Virus record (IMG/VR): IMGVR_UViG_3300035208_004923
Location: 128,001 to 192,000 of that record
Length of the DNA: 64,000 nt
Direction: 5' to 3' (one strand)
Origin: a virus
Taxonomy: Duplodnaviria; Caudoviricetes
Of the stretch, positions 10,144-20,887 are shown one piece after another. The position numbers and the translations under genes were made by a program. Position 1 is the stretch's first letter. Every line of letters begins with the position of its first letter. A model generated the notes under the pieces. It saw only the letters and a list, made by a program, of their open reading frames with translations, was not told the origin of the DNA and searched no databases.

Positions 10144-11814
10144 TTAATCAATCTTCTGGATATCCATTTGCGAAAAATTATTAGGTTTAGATACAAAAAT
10201 CTTGTAATCAAAAACCTCAGCAGGAAGTGGCGCATGGTTTACAACAAAAATATTCATATTCATTGATTTTGTTGTGTCAGCTAATATTTTTAATATGTGG
10301 TGAATTCCATCTGAATCAATACTTGCGAATAATTCATCTAGAAATGTTATGTTAATGGATGGATATTTTATTTTCATTAGTCGAATTATCGCAATTAAAA
10401 CTGCAAAGTCAACTTTTTTCTTTTCACCAGTACTTAATTGTTGAATTGCAACTTCATGTCCAAGATGTGATATGTGTGCATCAAATGATTTATCAAAAAT
10501 AACCTTATAATCCATTCTTAATTCTGATAATACTAAACGTATTTCAGAATTTAATGCAGGCATAATTTTATTTATTGCAAGTTGTTTTACTCCATTATCT
10601 CCAAAGATTTCTTCAACAATTTTAAAGAAACTTATATGTTGTGAGCTTTTATCAGATTTTTTTATTATTGCTTTACGTCTTTCTTTATTGTCAGCAATAA
10701 TTTTTTCGATAGATTGTGTTTCCAGTGTTTTATCACCATCTTTCAGTTGTTCAAGTTGTTGTTTGTAACCTGATATGATAGTTGAGAATTCAATTTGCTT
10801 ATTGCTGTACGAATTTTTTGCAGTTAATATTTTTGCTTTTAATTCTCTGATACTTTTTATAGATTCCTGCAGTTTTTCGATATTTTCATTTACCTTTATT
10901 TCTTTGTTAATCAATTCATCTAAAATTGATTTATGATGTTCGGTAGTCAAATCGGCTTCACACATAGGACATTTTGAATTTTCATATAATGTTTTCTTTT
11001 CAGCAATATTTTTTGCTGTTACATTATTTTTATTCAAAAGTTCAATTAAGCCATTAAGTTTTTCATTTGATTGACCTAATTTCTCATCAACATTTGTTAA
11101 TTTTGTTCCTATGTCAGTTAATAGTGCATCATATTCTTTAATACTTTGTTGAATAGTATTTATTTTTGATTGCGCATTTAATTCAATTTTTTGTTTAAGT
11201 AATTCAAGTTCTGTTTCAGAATTTGCAATTGTTTGTGCAATTGTCTCAACTTGTTTAGTAAATGTTAATGCGTTATCTCTTAATGTTTTCAGTTCTTCTT
11301 TAACAAGCCATTTTGCATTGTTAATAATTTCTAAACTGAATATTTTGTCGATGATCATTCTTTTATCATGCGGAGACATATTCAAAAATGACTTAAAATC
11401 ATTAATTGATAAAGATATTATGTTATTAAAAACATAAAATGGCAAACCTATAATTTCATCTGCAATATAATCTTCGACATTTTGTTTTCCTGCTTGGTCA
11501 TATTCTTCGCCGTTTATAAACAGTCTTAAGAAATTTGGTCGTATTCCTCGTTCAATCGTTATCGTATTATTGTTTGCAACCATAATAACTTTAACGTATG
11601 TTTGCTGATTGAATCTGTTGGGAATATCGCTTAATCTTTTATTTCCAAGTTTTCCATAGATACCAAACTTTATAACATCAGACATTGTTGATTTGCCCGC
11701 GCCATTTTCTCCCATTACAAGATAAAACATACCGTCTGTTTCTGAAAAATCAATTTTTTGCAATTTGTTGCCGTAAGATGCAAAATTGCGAAATTCTATT
11801 GAAAGTATTCTCAT
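10144..11814 (-). CDS. gp46: recombination endonuclease ATPase subunit (gp46/SbcC/Rad50)
   Basis: GENGAGKS Walker A, CPMC zinc hook, LSTGEK signature, FLDE Walker B. Confidence 0.95.
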   Translation of the reverse strand: MRILSIEFRNFASYGNKLQKIDFSETDGMFYLVMGENGAGKSTMSDVIKFGIYGKLGNKRLSDIPNRFNQQTYVKVIMVANNNTITIERGIRPNFLRLFINGEEYDQAGKQNVEDYIADEIIGLPFYVFNNIISLSINDFKSFLNMSPHDKRMIIDKIFSLEIINNAKWLVKEELKTLRDNALTFTKQVETIAQTIANSETELELLKQKIELNAQSKINTIQQSIKEYDALLTDIGTKLTNVDEKLGQSNEKLNGLIELLNKNNVTAKNIAEKKTLYENSKCPMCEADLTTEHHKSILDELINKEIKVNENIEKLQESIKSIRELKAKILTAKNSYSNKQIEFSTIISGYKQQLEQLKDGDKTLETQSIEKIIADNKERRKAIIKKSDKSSQHISFFKIVEEIFGDNGVKQLAINKIMPALNSEIRLVLSELRMDYKVIFDKSFDAHISHLGHEVAIQQLSTGEKKKVDFAVLIAIIRLMKIKYPSINITFLDELFASIDSDGIHHILKILADTTKSMNMNIFVVNHAPLPAEVFDYKIFVSKPNNFSQMDIQKID

Positions 11815-12896
11815 ATTTCTTTTTCTTGTGATAATTTTAATGCCTTGCGGTATAATTTTAGCGAGACATCTAATAATTGTTCTTTTGTATTATCAGCGTA
11901 TGGCAATTCGTTACAATATAATGTAATTAAGTCAGCAATATCAATTTCCTCGCCATCATAATCTTCATCCTCAACGTCTTTTTGTAACGATGATAAAACA
12001 TAATTTAATTTTCGATGGCCTGTTAATGTATCAACAAGCAATGCAAATGGAAATTTTGAAACCCACTTGCCATCAATGATAAAGTCAACATAATTGTTTG
12101 TCACATGTTTTTGCAATTCATCAATAGTCAGATTTAAAATATCATCAATAGCAAACTTTTGAAATATTGGAGAATAGTTATTTTCATATCTAATTTCTTC
12201 ATCAGTTTCAAAATTTATGTTATAGACATATTTTTGATTATGCAAATCGCTTCTTGTTAATTGAAACGGACAGCCAATCATGCGAATATTTTTAATATGT
12301 TGTGAAAAATGTATATGCCCAGAATAAACTTTTTTGTAATGTTCAACAACTGAAGGATCTAAACCTGATTCGATTGCAATCTTTCTATTGTATTTCATAT
12401 TCAAGAAATCTGTATGACAAAACATATAATCAGCAGGGTGATTGCGAACAACATCAATTTCTGCATTTTTATCTTCAACCCAAGGCATCATAAATAACTT
12501 TGCATATTTTGTGTGCAAAATCTGCGGTTCAGTTAAGACAGTAATGTTATCAATTGTGTTAAACACAATGGAAGAATTAACGCTGTTTGTTTGTTTTCTA
12601 TAAATGTCGTGATTACCGACAATTATCAAAATTGGCATAATTTCAGAAAGCTTCGAGAAAATTTCGAAAGCTTTATTCATAACAAGAATATTAAGAGATT
12701 GACGAGATTCAAAGATATCACCAAGTACAAATAAACAGTCACCTTCTTTTTTATTGGCTTTTAATAACGGTATGAAAAAATTATTGAAATAATCTTCATG
12801 ACAGTCAAGCCATTCAAGTGAACTTGACCTAACACCGAAATGTATATCGGATATAAGCCAAGCTCTTTTGATTTCGGCAACATTTAATTTCATCAT
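11811..12896 (-). CDS. gp47: recombination endonuclease nuclease subunit (gp47/SbcD/Mre11)
   Basis: SDIHFG, LGDIF, GNHD and SGHIH metallophosphoesterase motifs; adjacent to gp46. Confidence 0.93.
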   Translation of the reverse strand: MMKLNVAEIKRAWLISDIHFGVRSSSLEWLDCHEDYFNNFFIPLLKANKKEGDCLFVLGDIFESRQSLNILVMNKAFEIFSKLSEIMPILIIVGNHDIYRKQTNSVNSSIVFNTIDNITVLTEPQILHTKYAKLFMMPWVEDKNAEIDVVRNHPADYMFCHTDFLNMKYNRKIAIESGLDPSVVEHYKKVYSGHIHFSQHIKNIRMIGCPFQLTRSDLHNQKYVYNINFETDEEIRYENNYSPIFQKFAIDDILNLTIDELQKHVTNNYVDFIIDGKWVSKFPFALLVDTLTGHRKLNYVLSSLQKDVEDEDYDGEEIDIADLITLYCNELPYADNTKEQLLDVSLKLYRKALKLSQEKEI

Positions 12897-12899
12897 GAC

Positions 12900-13409
12900 T
12901 TAAAATAAGTTATGCGCTTTTTTGTTTGAAATTATATGATATTTTTTGTTAAGTTCTTTAAGAATTGCCTCTTTGTGTATGATTGGCAATTCTCTATACA
13001 TTGTTTCAAAATTCATTTTCATGAAATTAACAATTGCAATGAACTTTTCAACTGTTGTGTATCTTTCAGCATTACTTATTCTATCTAAGAAATATAAGTA
13101 TACTTCAACCATTTCATGTTTCGATACTTTTTTATTTCCTTCATATTTTGCAGCAAATGGTGCGGCATTAAATAATTCATAAAGATTTTCTTCCAATGCA
13201 CGATATTCAAATTCTTCATGTGGATTTTGCGATTCGCGATTTGTTGACATTAACCAATCCTGGTCAATTGCAAATTTTCCAAATTGCTGAAATTCACCTG
13301 AGGAATCGTCATCAGTGCTAATAGTTTCTTCAACATCTGAATCTGTTGATTCATCTTGATTTTCAAAGTCAAGGAATTCATTTTCCTCATCAAATAGTTT
13401 TTTACTCAT
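12900..13409 (-). CDS. hypothetical protein, possible gp33-like late transcription co-activator
   Basis: Acidic N-terminus, helical core, C-terminal ...HNLF clamp-type tail. Confidence 0.4.
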   Translation of the reverse strand: MSKKLFDEENEFLDFENQDESTDSDVEETISTDDDSSGEFQQFGKFAIDQDWLMSTNRESQNPHEEFEYRALEENLYELFNAAPFAAKYEGNKKVSKHEMVEVYLYFLDRISNAERYTTVEKFIAIVNFMKMNFETMYRELPIIHKEAILKELNKKYHIISNKKAHNLF

Positions 13410-13887
13410 ATCTTAATTTTTTAATGTAGTCTTGAATTAAAATAACATTTCTTTCCATGTGTTCTTTCAATTCATCGGTTAGTACTTCTGGTAATATTTT
13501 TATAATTTCAACATCGGCAGTATTTACGTCTGTTACAAATTTTGGTAAAACAACAACTTTGAGTAATGTATCCTTTGCAAGATATTCTTCTCTGTTATTT
13601 AATCCTGCGTGTGCACATACTTCAGATAATTGTTCATACACACGTTGATTTGAACTTCCAGATCTTACAGGAATTTTATATACAAGATATGTTAATTGCT
13701 TTGAGTTTTGTAATTCTGGATGCTCGAAACATTCATCGCGTTTTGCAATTAATGTTTGTATTTCCGCGTATTTCTCATTGAGCATATCGTACTTTCTTCC
13801 ATTATTTTCGCTTTTTTCACCAGCTTCTTTTAATAGCTCATTCAAATCGTCGTTATTTGTTTTGTTTTGTCCTTTTAGTAAATCCAT
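13402..13887 (-). CDS. hypothetical protein
   Basis: 161 aa ORF in the helicase operon. Confidence 0.65.
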   Translation of the reverse strand: MDLLKGQNKTNNDDLNELLKEAGEKSENNGRKYDMLNEKYAEIQTLIAKRDECFEHPELQNSKQLTYLVYKIPVRSGSSNQRVYEQLSEVCAHAGLNNREEYLAKDTLLKVVVLPKFVTDVNTADVEIIKILPEVLTDELKEHMERNVILIQDYIKKLRYE

Positions 13888-13889
13888 GG

Positions 13890-15206
13890 TTATCCGTTTA
13901 TTGTGTCAAGTATAATTTGTGAGTTCATATCTTCAAGTATTCTCATGTGTGAATAGTCAATTGAGAATTTCTTTCGTGAATTTTTGTAACCTTCATTTCG
14001 ATTCAACATTGTTTGCAACATATATTCTTGATTTGCATACATTAATTCATCTTGAATAATACCGCCCATCCAGTCAACCGTGTGACCTAAACCTGATGAT
14101 TCAGCAATACTTGATAATGAAATTGAACCTGATGCGGCAAATCCTGAACGATTTAATTGGGTTACTGTAATAATTGCCCAGTTATTACGTGCACCCATTG
14201 CACGCATGTCTTCAGCAATTTGTTTGATTTTCAAATATGTGTTTTCAGAGTTTGGATTTCTCCAGTTCATTAAAATGTTAATGTAGTCAATGAAAACCGT
14301 TTTGAATTTTATTCCTTTTATTTGTTCCATTTGTAAGAGCCAACGTTCGCAATCTTTAATAGATGCAGATGATGTTGGGAATTCTTTAATGAACAATTTT
14401 CCAGGAATTTTTAAATCATCATATCCGATTGTTGATAATCGCTTTTTGATTAAATCTTGGTCCTCAGCAAGTTTTGCGTATTCAGACATTGTAATACCTA
14501 AAAGATTTGCGCCTAAACGTTTTACAACATGTCGGTCACGCATTTCAAGTGATATTACAGCAGAATTATATCCAAGTTTTACAGATTGTGCAGCAAGGTT
14601 TGCAAGCCAAATAGATTTACCTACTTTGTTTTCACCTGCAATTACGTAAAGTGCTTTTGTTGACCATCCGCCGCCAAGTACCTGGTCAAGATAATCATAT
14701 CCTGTTGAAAATGTATCAAGTGTTGGCTGTTTATGCGATTCAGGATTGAAAAAGTCAAGACCTTCATCAAATTTGAAATTGATGTTATTTCCTGTTACGA
14801 TAATATCTTTTGCAGTTTCAACAACTTGTTTTATATTGCCTGCATCAACTTTTGTTGTTTTTAAATATGTAACAAGATTTTCAACAGATTTGTCGAGATT
14901 TTTAAATTCGACCCATGCTTCGGAACTTTCATCTAGCCATTCAGGATCGTATTCTTCAAGATTAATATCATACAATGTATCAATGTAATCTCTATTTATT
15001 GTTTCGCCCCAACCATGAATTTTGATAACTTCAATGATTTGTTCTTTTGTTGGGACTTTGTTGTATTTGTCGATAAAACCTTTAGCCGCAGTGAATATCT
15101 TTGGATAATTCGGTGTCTCGAAAAAGTTTTCTTTTGTAAACTGTAAAAATTCCTTTTTTTGTAGAATATAATGATACAGTATTTTCTCTAAGTGATTTGG
15201 TAGCAT
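13890..15206 (-). CDS. gp41: replicative DnaB-like helicase (gp41)
   Basis: AGENKVGKS Walker A, ISLEM, FIDYIN, TVTQLNR. Confidence 0.93.
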   Translation of the reverse strand: MLPNHLEKILYHYILQKKEFLQFTKENFFETPNYPKIFTAAKGFIDKYNKVPTKEQIIEVIKIHGWGETINRDYIDTLYDINLEEYDPEWLDESSEAWVEFKNLDKSVENLVTYLKTTKVDAGNIKQVVETAKDIIVTGNNINFKFDEGLDFFNPESHKQPTLDTFSTGYDYLDQVLGGGWSTKALYVIAGENKVGKSIWLANLAAQSVKLGYNSAVISLEMRDRHVVKRLGANLLGITMSEYAKLAEDQDLIKKRLSTIGYDDLKIPGKLFIKEFPTSSASIKDCERWLLQMEQIKGIKFKTVFIDYINILMNWRNPNSENTYLKIKQIAEDMRAMGARNNWAIITVTQLNRSGFAASGSISLSSIAESSGLGHTVDWMGGIIQDELMYANQEYMLQTMLNRNEGYKNSRKKFSIDYSHMRILEDMNSQIILDTING

Positions 15207-15224
15207 AATTGGTTATTTAATTTA

Positions 15225-15248
15225 ATATACATCAAGTGCATATAGTTT
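15225..15248 (-). promoter_or_regulatory. class 2 promoter-like motif
   Basis: AAACTA-N12-GTATAT upstream of the helicase. Confidence 0.65.
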
Positions 15249-15893
15249 TTATTCATTCAATCTGTGAAGATTGCCATACGAACCCATAAATTTATTGTGA
15301 TACCCGGTTGTTCCCAACGGACGAGATTCATACGGAATTTCTCTTCTTGAAATAACAACGTCTTGTGTTTTACTTTTTTCTAAACAGTCCGCAATATATT
15401 TTGTATAATCTTTCTGTTGCTCTGGTGTACGTGTGTATGCATTATCAATATGTCCTCTTTTTTCGCCAGCAGGTGGTTCCCACATATTTTTATGATAATT
15501 AAGTTTTTCGATTTTATCTTTTACTTCATGCAATGGAAATTTTGTACTAACTTTTATATGAAAAAAGTTTTCATCATATGAAGGTACATTTAACATGTTA
15601 TCAGACATTTGTACAACGATTGCAATTTCAAATATGTCGCGTACACCTTGCGGTATAACTTCGGCTCTAGATATTTTGTAAATGTAATTATTGTCAATTC
15701 TACTTTTACCAACGCATTCACATTTTACAAGTTTCATGAATTGAGTTTTTGCATCGTCCATAGTTTTGATTTCCGCCTTTGCAACGTTAATATCTGTAAT
15801 TGGCGGGTGATGTTTGCATTCGTATTTAACAACATACGGATCTTCCACTTTTTTTGTATCAAATAATTGTTCTATGTATTTTAAAAAACCCAT
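15249..15893 (-). CDS. hypothetical protein
   Basis: 214 aa ORF. Confidence 0.65.
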   Translation of the reverse strand: MGFLKYIEQLFDTKKVEDPYVVKYECKHHPPITDINVAKAEIKTMDDAKTQFMKLVKCECVGKSRIDNNYIYKISRAEVIPQGVRDIFEIAIVVQMSDNMLNVPSYDENFFHIKVSTKFPLHEVKDKIEKLNYHKNMWEPPAGEKRGHIDNAYTRTPEQQKDYTKYIADCLEKSKTQDVVISRREIPYESRPLGTTGYHNKFMGSYGNLHRLNE

Positions 15894-15898
15894 GATTT

Positions 15899-16210
15899 TT
15901 ATGATTTATCGTATTGCCAATCGTGTTTTAGTAAACGATAACTTGAATATTTTGCTTTTGACGTTTCTTTAATGTAATTAAGTCGTTCCAATTCTTGCAA
16001 AAATTCAATATGTTTATCTTTTCCTACAGTGGTACAAATTTTATCTTTTGTCCATAATGCACCAAATTCATTTTCCAAAAAATCCGTTTCAACTAAAAGA
16101 TTAACTAATTCATACAAATAATCTTCTATTGAAGGATATCCAGGCGTTTCCGTCTGGATATCCAAGAAGTATTTGATTTTAAGTTTTCTTCTATCTAATC
16201 CAAGATTCAT
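15899..16210 (-). CDS. hypothetical protein
   Basis: 103 aa ORF in the uvsX operon. Confidence 0.6.
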   Translation of the reverse strand: MNLGLDRRKLKIKYFLDIQTETPGYPSIEDYLYELVNLLVETDFLENEFGALWTKDKICTTVGKDKHIEFLQELERLNYIKETSKAKYSSYRLLKHDWQYDKS

Positions 16211-16211
16211 A

Positions 16212-16415
16212 TTATCCAGCGATATTTTCTGATTCTTTCAATGTTTGGAACTCTGCTTTCATATCAAACTTTGCTTGTTTAATTGCTTGTTTGTTTGCTG
16301 AACGCCATTCTTGAAAAACTTCAGTTGTAAATTCGGCAGGTACTGTTGTACAAAATTCGTACCCGTCAAATACCATGATTACTCCATTGTTTAGATTTCT
16401 TCTTACTTGTGTCAT
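16212..16415 (-). CDS. hypothetical protein
   Basis: 67 aa ORF, tightly packed between neighbours. Confidence 0.55.
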   Translation of the reverse strand: MTQVRRNLNNGVIMVFDGYEFCTTVPAEFTTEVFQEWRSANKQAIKQAKFDMKAEFQTLKESENIAG

Positions 16416-16419
16416 TTTT

Positions 16420-17697
16420 TTAGTCTTTTAAAGTGTTTTCTAATGCATTTTCTGTTTCGCTGTTTTCATCAGTTGATAAGGCAAAATCCTCAGCGTAGCC
16501 TTCCATATCAAACATGTCACCAATTGATGGCAGTTGGAATGTTGGTTTAATTGTTGTTTCATCAAGTTCTTTAAGAACTTCTTGTGTAAGAACACGTGGC
16601 GTAAATAATTCTCCGGCAGGAACAGTATCATTTAAATGTTTAACGACAAAATTTCGAGCGGTTTCTTTCAATACGCAGAACATTAATTTTCCATTATGTT
16701 CCCATACTCTACCTTCTTTTCTTGCAGCTTCTTGTTCAGCAGGTGTCATTTTATTGAATGCCTTTTCATCACCGATGTTTCCTTTTGCAATACCGCATTG
16801 TTCCCATCCGATGAATTGTTCTAATCCAACATAAGGATTCATACCTTTGTAAAATGAAATGTGGAATCGAATTGTAATAGGACGTGCAAATCTGTTTTTG
16901 TGTGGAGCTGAACGAACAATGATTCCGGTTTTTGTTAAACCTACTTTATTTGCTTCAGCATTTGCAACTTTTAATCCTGATTTGTATAAGAATAAAATTA
17001 CAGATGCATTATATAACGGTCCACCACCACCGCTCATTACGTCCATTGGAATGAATGATCCAACCGATGCATATGTGTGTGCAGTCATGATAAATGGAAT
17101 TTTTGCACCTGCAAGGTCCATTGTAATTACACGGAATAATGAACGCATTTCTTGTGCTTTTGTCATGTCCTTTTTCTCTGAACCTGATACGGCATCAGCA
17201 CGTTCTTTAGTTGTTGCAAGGTTACCAAGTGAGTCAAGAACAAGCATAATTTTAGGAACAGCTTTACCAGTTTTTTTAGCATCATCGATGTATTTCAATA
17301 AATTTGAAACAAACTTCTTGAATTCCAATGGTGTACTTACTGGTTGGTAACGAATTTTGTCAGGGTCACAACCGAATTTTTTAAATGTGCCAGCATCGAC
17401 TGCTGCTTCTGAATCGCAATATACGATATGATAACCCATTGCTTGTGCGCAACGTACGCCATTTAAAGCAAGGAATGTTTTTCCCGTACCGGTTTCTCCG
17501 GCAAGAGCGATTGTTCTACAGTTTGGATATCCTCCAAAAAGTGAACCTGAAATTTGTGCATTCAGTAAATAATTACCAGTGTCGATGAATTCATCGATGT
17601 TTGAGAATGCGTTTGATGAGCTGATAGAACCTCTGTCATCGACATTTTTCGATAACATATTGTCAAGTTCTACGAATGAAAATTCTTTAATTGCCAT
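16420..17697 (-). CDS. uvsX: RecA-like recombinase UvsX
   Basis: IDTGNYLLN, AGETGTGKT, YCDSE, VLDSLGNL, MSGGGG.LYNAS. Confidence 0.93.
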   Translation of the reverse strand: MAIKEFSFVELDNMLSKNVDDRGSISSSNAFSNIDEFIDTGNYLLNAQISGSLFGGYPNCRTIALAGETGTGKTFLALNGVRCAQAMGYHIVYCDSEAAVDAGTFKKFGCDPDKIRYQPVSTPLEFKKFVSNLLKYIDDAKKTGKAVPKIMLVLDSLGNLATTKERADAVSGSEKKDMTKAQEMRSLFRVITMDLAGAKIPFIMTAHTYASVGSFIPMDVMSGGGGPLYNASVILFLYKSGLKVANAEANKVGLTKTGIIVRSAPHKNRFARPITIRFHISFYKGMNPYVGLEQFIGWEQCGIAKGNIGDEKAFNKMTPAEQEAARKEGRVWEHNGKLMFCVLKETARNFVVKHLNDTVPAGELFTPRVLTQEVLKELDETTIKPTFQLPSIGDMFDMEGYAEDFALSTDENSETENALENTLKD

Positions 17698-17712
17698 GTG
17701 TTTAGATTTATT

Positions 17713-18888
17713 TTAGAATAGTTGTTTGCTTGTAACTAAGTTACTTGAAAGTTCAGGAAATCCTAATGCTGAGATAAATCTATTCAATGGGTCAATAATT
17801 GTTTTAGCAAATTGCAATTCATAATCAACGGACGGTGCAATTTCGTATGGAAGATTTCCTGGTAAATATGCAAAAACAATATCTTTTCCGCTATCGTCTT
17901 TTGCATAATAAAATTTAACTTTATCGCCTGATTTAATAAGCGAGTATTTCTTTTTGTACTTTGGATTTTGATTAATCAAATAATTATGGTAACCTGCACC
18001 GCGTACGTGAATAGGACAATGTGGTAAAATTTCAAATTTTGATGTATCATTTGCGATTCCCTTTTCATAATCACCAATACTTGAGCCGAAAGCAATATTG
18101 CTAACGTCTTCGTTTTGGAATTGTGTTTTTAATGATTTAAGTTCATTTACAAATGCTTTAAGATTTAATTGTTTCTTTTCTTTGAAAAAATACTTTAACA
18201 TTTCCTTTAATTTTGTTCTTGCAAATGGTGGTGTAGATGATTGTACAATTTCAACACCTTTTGCTTTAATTTTTGCTTGCGCTTCAAATGATATACCGTC
18301 TTGCCACACCAAGTCAAGAACATATTTTTTCTTTGCTAACAATATTGCAGAAGCAGAAATTGTTTCCAATTCAAAATCTTGTATATTTTTTGTTCCCCAC
18401 TTTGTTGCGTATTGGTCAAATGCTTTTCCTAGGTAATCCTTGATTCTAAATTTATACATTTTAATAATCATTTCAACAGGATCTCCTTGATAGTCAGAAC
18501 CATTTACAGCTTCTTGAAAAGAACAATAAACAGAATCGGTATCTCCATAAATTGCAACATCTTGTACAACTGTTGGAATAACTGTTATTCCAAGATGGTC
18601 ATGCAATGCTTTATCGCTTTTCCAATATTTATGAAAGTACAAATTTAATACCTTAGATGAAAACTTGATAATATTTTGTCCTTGCAATGTAATTGCTTCA
18701 GCAAGTTGTGGATTATATGCAACAAAATAAGGCGATGCACACGCACCGTATATAGAGTTGATAAAGATCTTTATCGCTTGTTCCTCATTACCAAAATCAT
18801 TTTGTATTTTCGTTAATCTTTTTATTTCAGCTTCAATATCAGCAATTGTTGATTCTTGAGATACTTTTGCGTATTTATATTCGTACAT
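17713..18888 (-). CDS. family B DNA polymerase, C-terminal subunit (fingers/palm/thumb)
   Basis: QAIKIFINSIYG (motif B), YGDTDS (motif C), KKKY, KGVEIVQSSTP. Confidence 0.92.
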   Translation of the reverse strand: MYEYKYAKVSQESTIADIEAEIKRLTKIQNDFGNEEQAIKIFINSIYGACASPYFVAYNPQLAEAITLQGQNIIKFSSKVLNLYFHKYWKSDKALHDHLGITVIPTVVQDVAIYGDTDSVYCSFQEAVNGSDYQGDPVEMIIKMYKFRIKDYLGKAFDQYATKWGTKNIQDFELETISASAILLAKKKYVLDLVWQDGISFEAQAKIKAKGVEIVQSSTPPFARTKLKEMLKYFFKEKKQLNLKAFVNELKSLKTQFQNEDVSNIAFGSSIGDYEKGIANDTSKFEILPHCPIHVRGAGYHNYLINQNPKYKKKYSLIKSGDKVKFYYAKDDSGKDIVFAYLPGNLPYEIAPSVDYELQFAKTIIDPLNRFISALGFPELSSNLVTSKQLF

Positions 18889-18924
18889 GTTTATAGCCTT
18901 TATTTTTTTGACTTTATTTAAACT

Positions 18925-18977
18925 AAAAATGTCCCATCTGTCTTTTGCTGTTTAGCAAAAATAACAAATGGGACAAT
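18925..18977 (-). terminator. long hairpin/terminator between clamp and polymerase C-subunit genes
   Basis: TGTCCCAT...TTTTGCT-AAAC-AGCAAAA...ATGGGACA followed by a T run on the minus strand. Confidence 0.55.
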
Positions 18978-19020
18978 TAAAGTAATATGGTATGTATCAA
19001 TAGCGGTAATAGAGAAATAA

Positions 19021-19764
19021 TTATTCAGCCTCGCCGATAATCATTTTTGTGTCAGATTCATTTGAAACGAAAATTAATTTCTCGTCTGCAATATGAACGA
19101 TTGCATCTTCTCTATCAAGAAACGCATAGTGATGTTTGAATACTGAAAGATTTGCATTCGGTTTGTTTGCAACGTCAGTGTCAACAACTTGAAGTTTGAA
19201 GTTTTTACCTTCAGCAAGTACTTCATCACCTTTTTTATTGAAAGTGATTTTTGAGTGGTCAGAATCAATACCGAATAATGAAGAGATTTTTGCTTGTTGT
19301 TCTTTTGGAAGTAAGAAGTCAACTTTACTTGATGATGTATCTGTGATTTTGTTTAATACGTCATCAGTAATGTATGTAAATAATTTCAATGAAGCGCATT
19401 GAAATTCAATTGCTAATGAACTGTTTTTAAGAACGATGCCAGTTCCTGTATTATCTCCATTTACGTTTTCGTAATCCAAGATAAATTCAAATTCCGATTC
19501 GCCAAAGAATTTGAAAGAAGATGATAACTTGTCGATATTTAAAATACCAACTTTAACTGGTGCGCTAATGTCGCTGTACTCAGAAAATACTTCGTCAAGA
19601 GGAATTGCAGAATATTTTACAACCGATTTTTCTGGCGTGTAACTTTTTGCTTTAACGAAGCCATTGTCAATTTCTAATAAAAGTGAGTTATCAATACCTT
19701 GAAATCTTTTTAAGAAATTGATGAATTTTTGAAATTTTTCTACTTTGAGATTTAGTTTTTGCAT
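19021..19764 (-). CDS. gp45: putative sliding clamp (gp45-like)
   Basis: 247 aa, FLKRFQGIDNSLL N-terminus resembling gp45, GI.NIDKL; adjacent to polymerase. Confidence 0.7.
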   Translation of the reverse strand: MQKLNLKVEKFQKFINFLKRFQGIDNSLLLEIDNGFVKAKSYTPEKSVVKYSAIPLDEVFSEYSDISAPVKVGILNIDKLSSSFKFFGESEFEFILDYENVNGDNTGTGIVLKNSSLAIEFQCASLKLFTYITDDVLNKITDTSSSKVDFLLPKEQQAKISSLFGIDSDHSKITFNKKGDEVLAEGKNFKLQVVDTDVANKPNANLSVFKHHYAFLDREDAIVHIADEKLIFVSNESDTKMIIGEAE

Positions 19765-19791
19765 AATTTATTTATCTTTAATTTATTAATA

Positions 19792-19815
19792 ATATACATA
19801 TAAATGTAATAGTTT
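19792..19815 (-). promoter_or_regulatory. class 2 promoter-like motif
   Basis: AAACTA-N12-GTATAT. Confidence 0.65.
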
Positions 19816-19832
19816 CAATTTGTTACCTGGAC

Positions 19833-20462
19833 TTATAATATGATATCGTCAACTAAACCGTATTGTTTGCATTTTTTTGCATTAAGATACAAGTCGTGTT
19901 TTAAAATATCGTTTAACTGTTCCGTTGTGAATTTTGTATTCTTTTTGTAAAAACGTTTGATGTCAGCCATAAACGCATCAACATTTTGTTGGCTGTCTTT
20001 CAGTTGTTCGTAATTACCCCATGCTCCACCTGATAACTGATGTACTAGCATGTACGAATTTTCGCGAATTACTCTGTGTGAACCTATTGAAGATATAAAA
20101 GTTGCAGCTGATGCAGCAACACCTTCAACGACAGTAATAACAGGTACAGCACATTTGATTCGATTAATAGTATCGACCATTGACATTGCTGAAGTAATAA
20201 TTCCACCTGGCGAATTAATGTGAAGCCATATCGGCGATGGCGCAGATCTTTCAAACATACCGTTTACAGTATATTTTGTGTGTTCGTACGCAAGATCTGT
20301 AATAACTTGATTGAATTCTAATGCAGATTCATCATCAATTGCATCATAAAACCAAATATGATCGCGTGATATACGCATATTTGAGCTTCCGGGTTTAAAC
20401 CCACCGCTTTTTGCTTCGTCTGTTCTTGTTCGCTGTGCAGCTACTTGCATGATTTCATTCAT
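19833..20462 (-). CDS. clpP: ClpP-like serine protease
   Basis: HINSPGG, AASAA (catalytic Ser), MLVHQ (His), GLVD. Confidence 0.88.
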   Translation of the reverse strand: MNEIMQVAAQRTRTDEAKSGGFKPGSSNMRISRDHIWFYDAIDDESALEFNQVITDLAYEHTKYTVNGMFERSAPSPIWLHINSPGGIITSAMSMVDTINRIKCAVPVITVVEGVAASAATFISSIGSHRVIRENSYMLVHQLSGGAWGNYEQLKDSQQNVDAFMADIKRFYKKNTKFTTEQLNDILKHDLYLNAKKCKQYGLVDDIIL

Positions 20463-20488
20463 ACTTGATTTGATTTATGTGATTTATA

Positions 20489-20887
20489 TTAGTTTACGGT
20501 TTGGTCTTCGATAGCTGCAGGCGCAACTTCTTCATAAATATATTCTTTGCAGAATTTATCAACTGCTGCTTCAATATCGCAATATAAATTATAGGAAACT
20601 ATTTCATCGTCCACACAATCATAATTGCCATTTTTCTTTGCGTTGTAAATTGTTACTCTGGATGTGTAACCATGGAAAGGAGTGTATGCAGCGGCAAAAA
20701 ACTTATTATCAAATACAAAAATCCATCCATGAACGTTTGTGCTTGTTTTGATATTTGTAATATACGTATACGGTTTTTCTTCGGTAAATTCAGGATTTTC
20801 ATTTCTGTGTCTTACCTTCTCGAGAGTGGCTCCATACACAGTGCCTCCGACAAGATCTGTTGATTTGATAATTCTTTCAGTTGTCAT
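20489..20887 (-). CDS. hypothetical protein
   Basis: 132 aa ORF. Confidence 0.6.
   Translation of the reverse strand: MTTERIIKSTDLVGGTVYGATLEKVRHRNENPEFTEEKPYTYITNIKTSTNVHGWIFVFDNKFFAAAYTPFHGYTSRVTIYNAKKNGNYDCVDDEIVSYNLYCDIEAAVDKFCKEYIYEEVAPAAIEDQTVN

Noticed and set aside
17713-18888. Split intein or pseudogenised polymerase
   Set aside because: No intein motifs at either junction, and both halves keep intact catalytic motifs.
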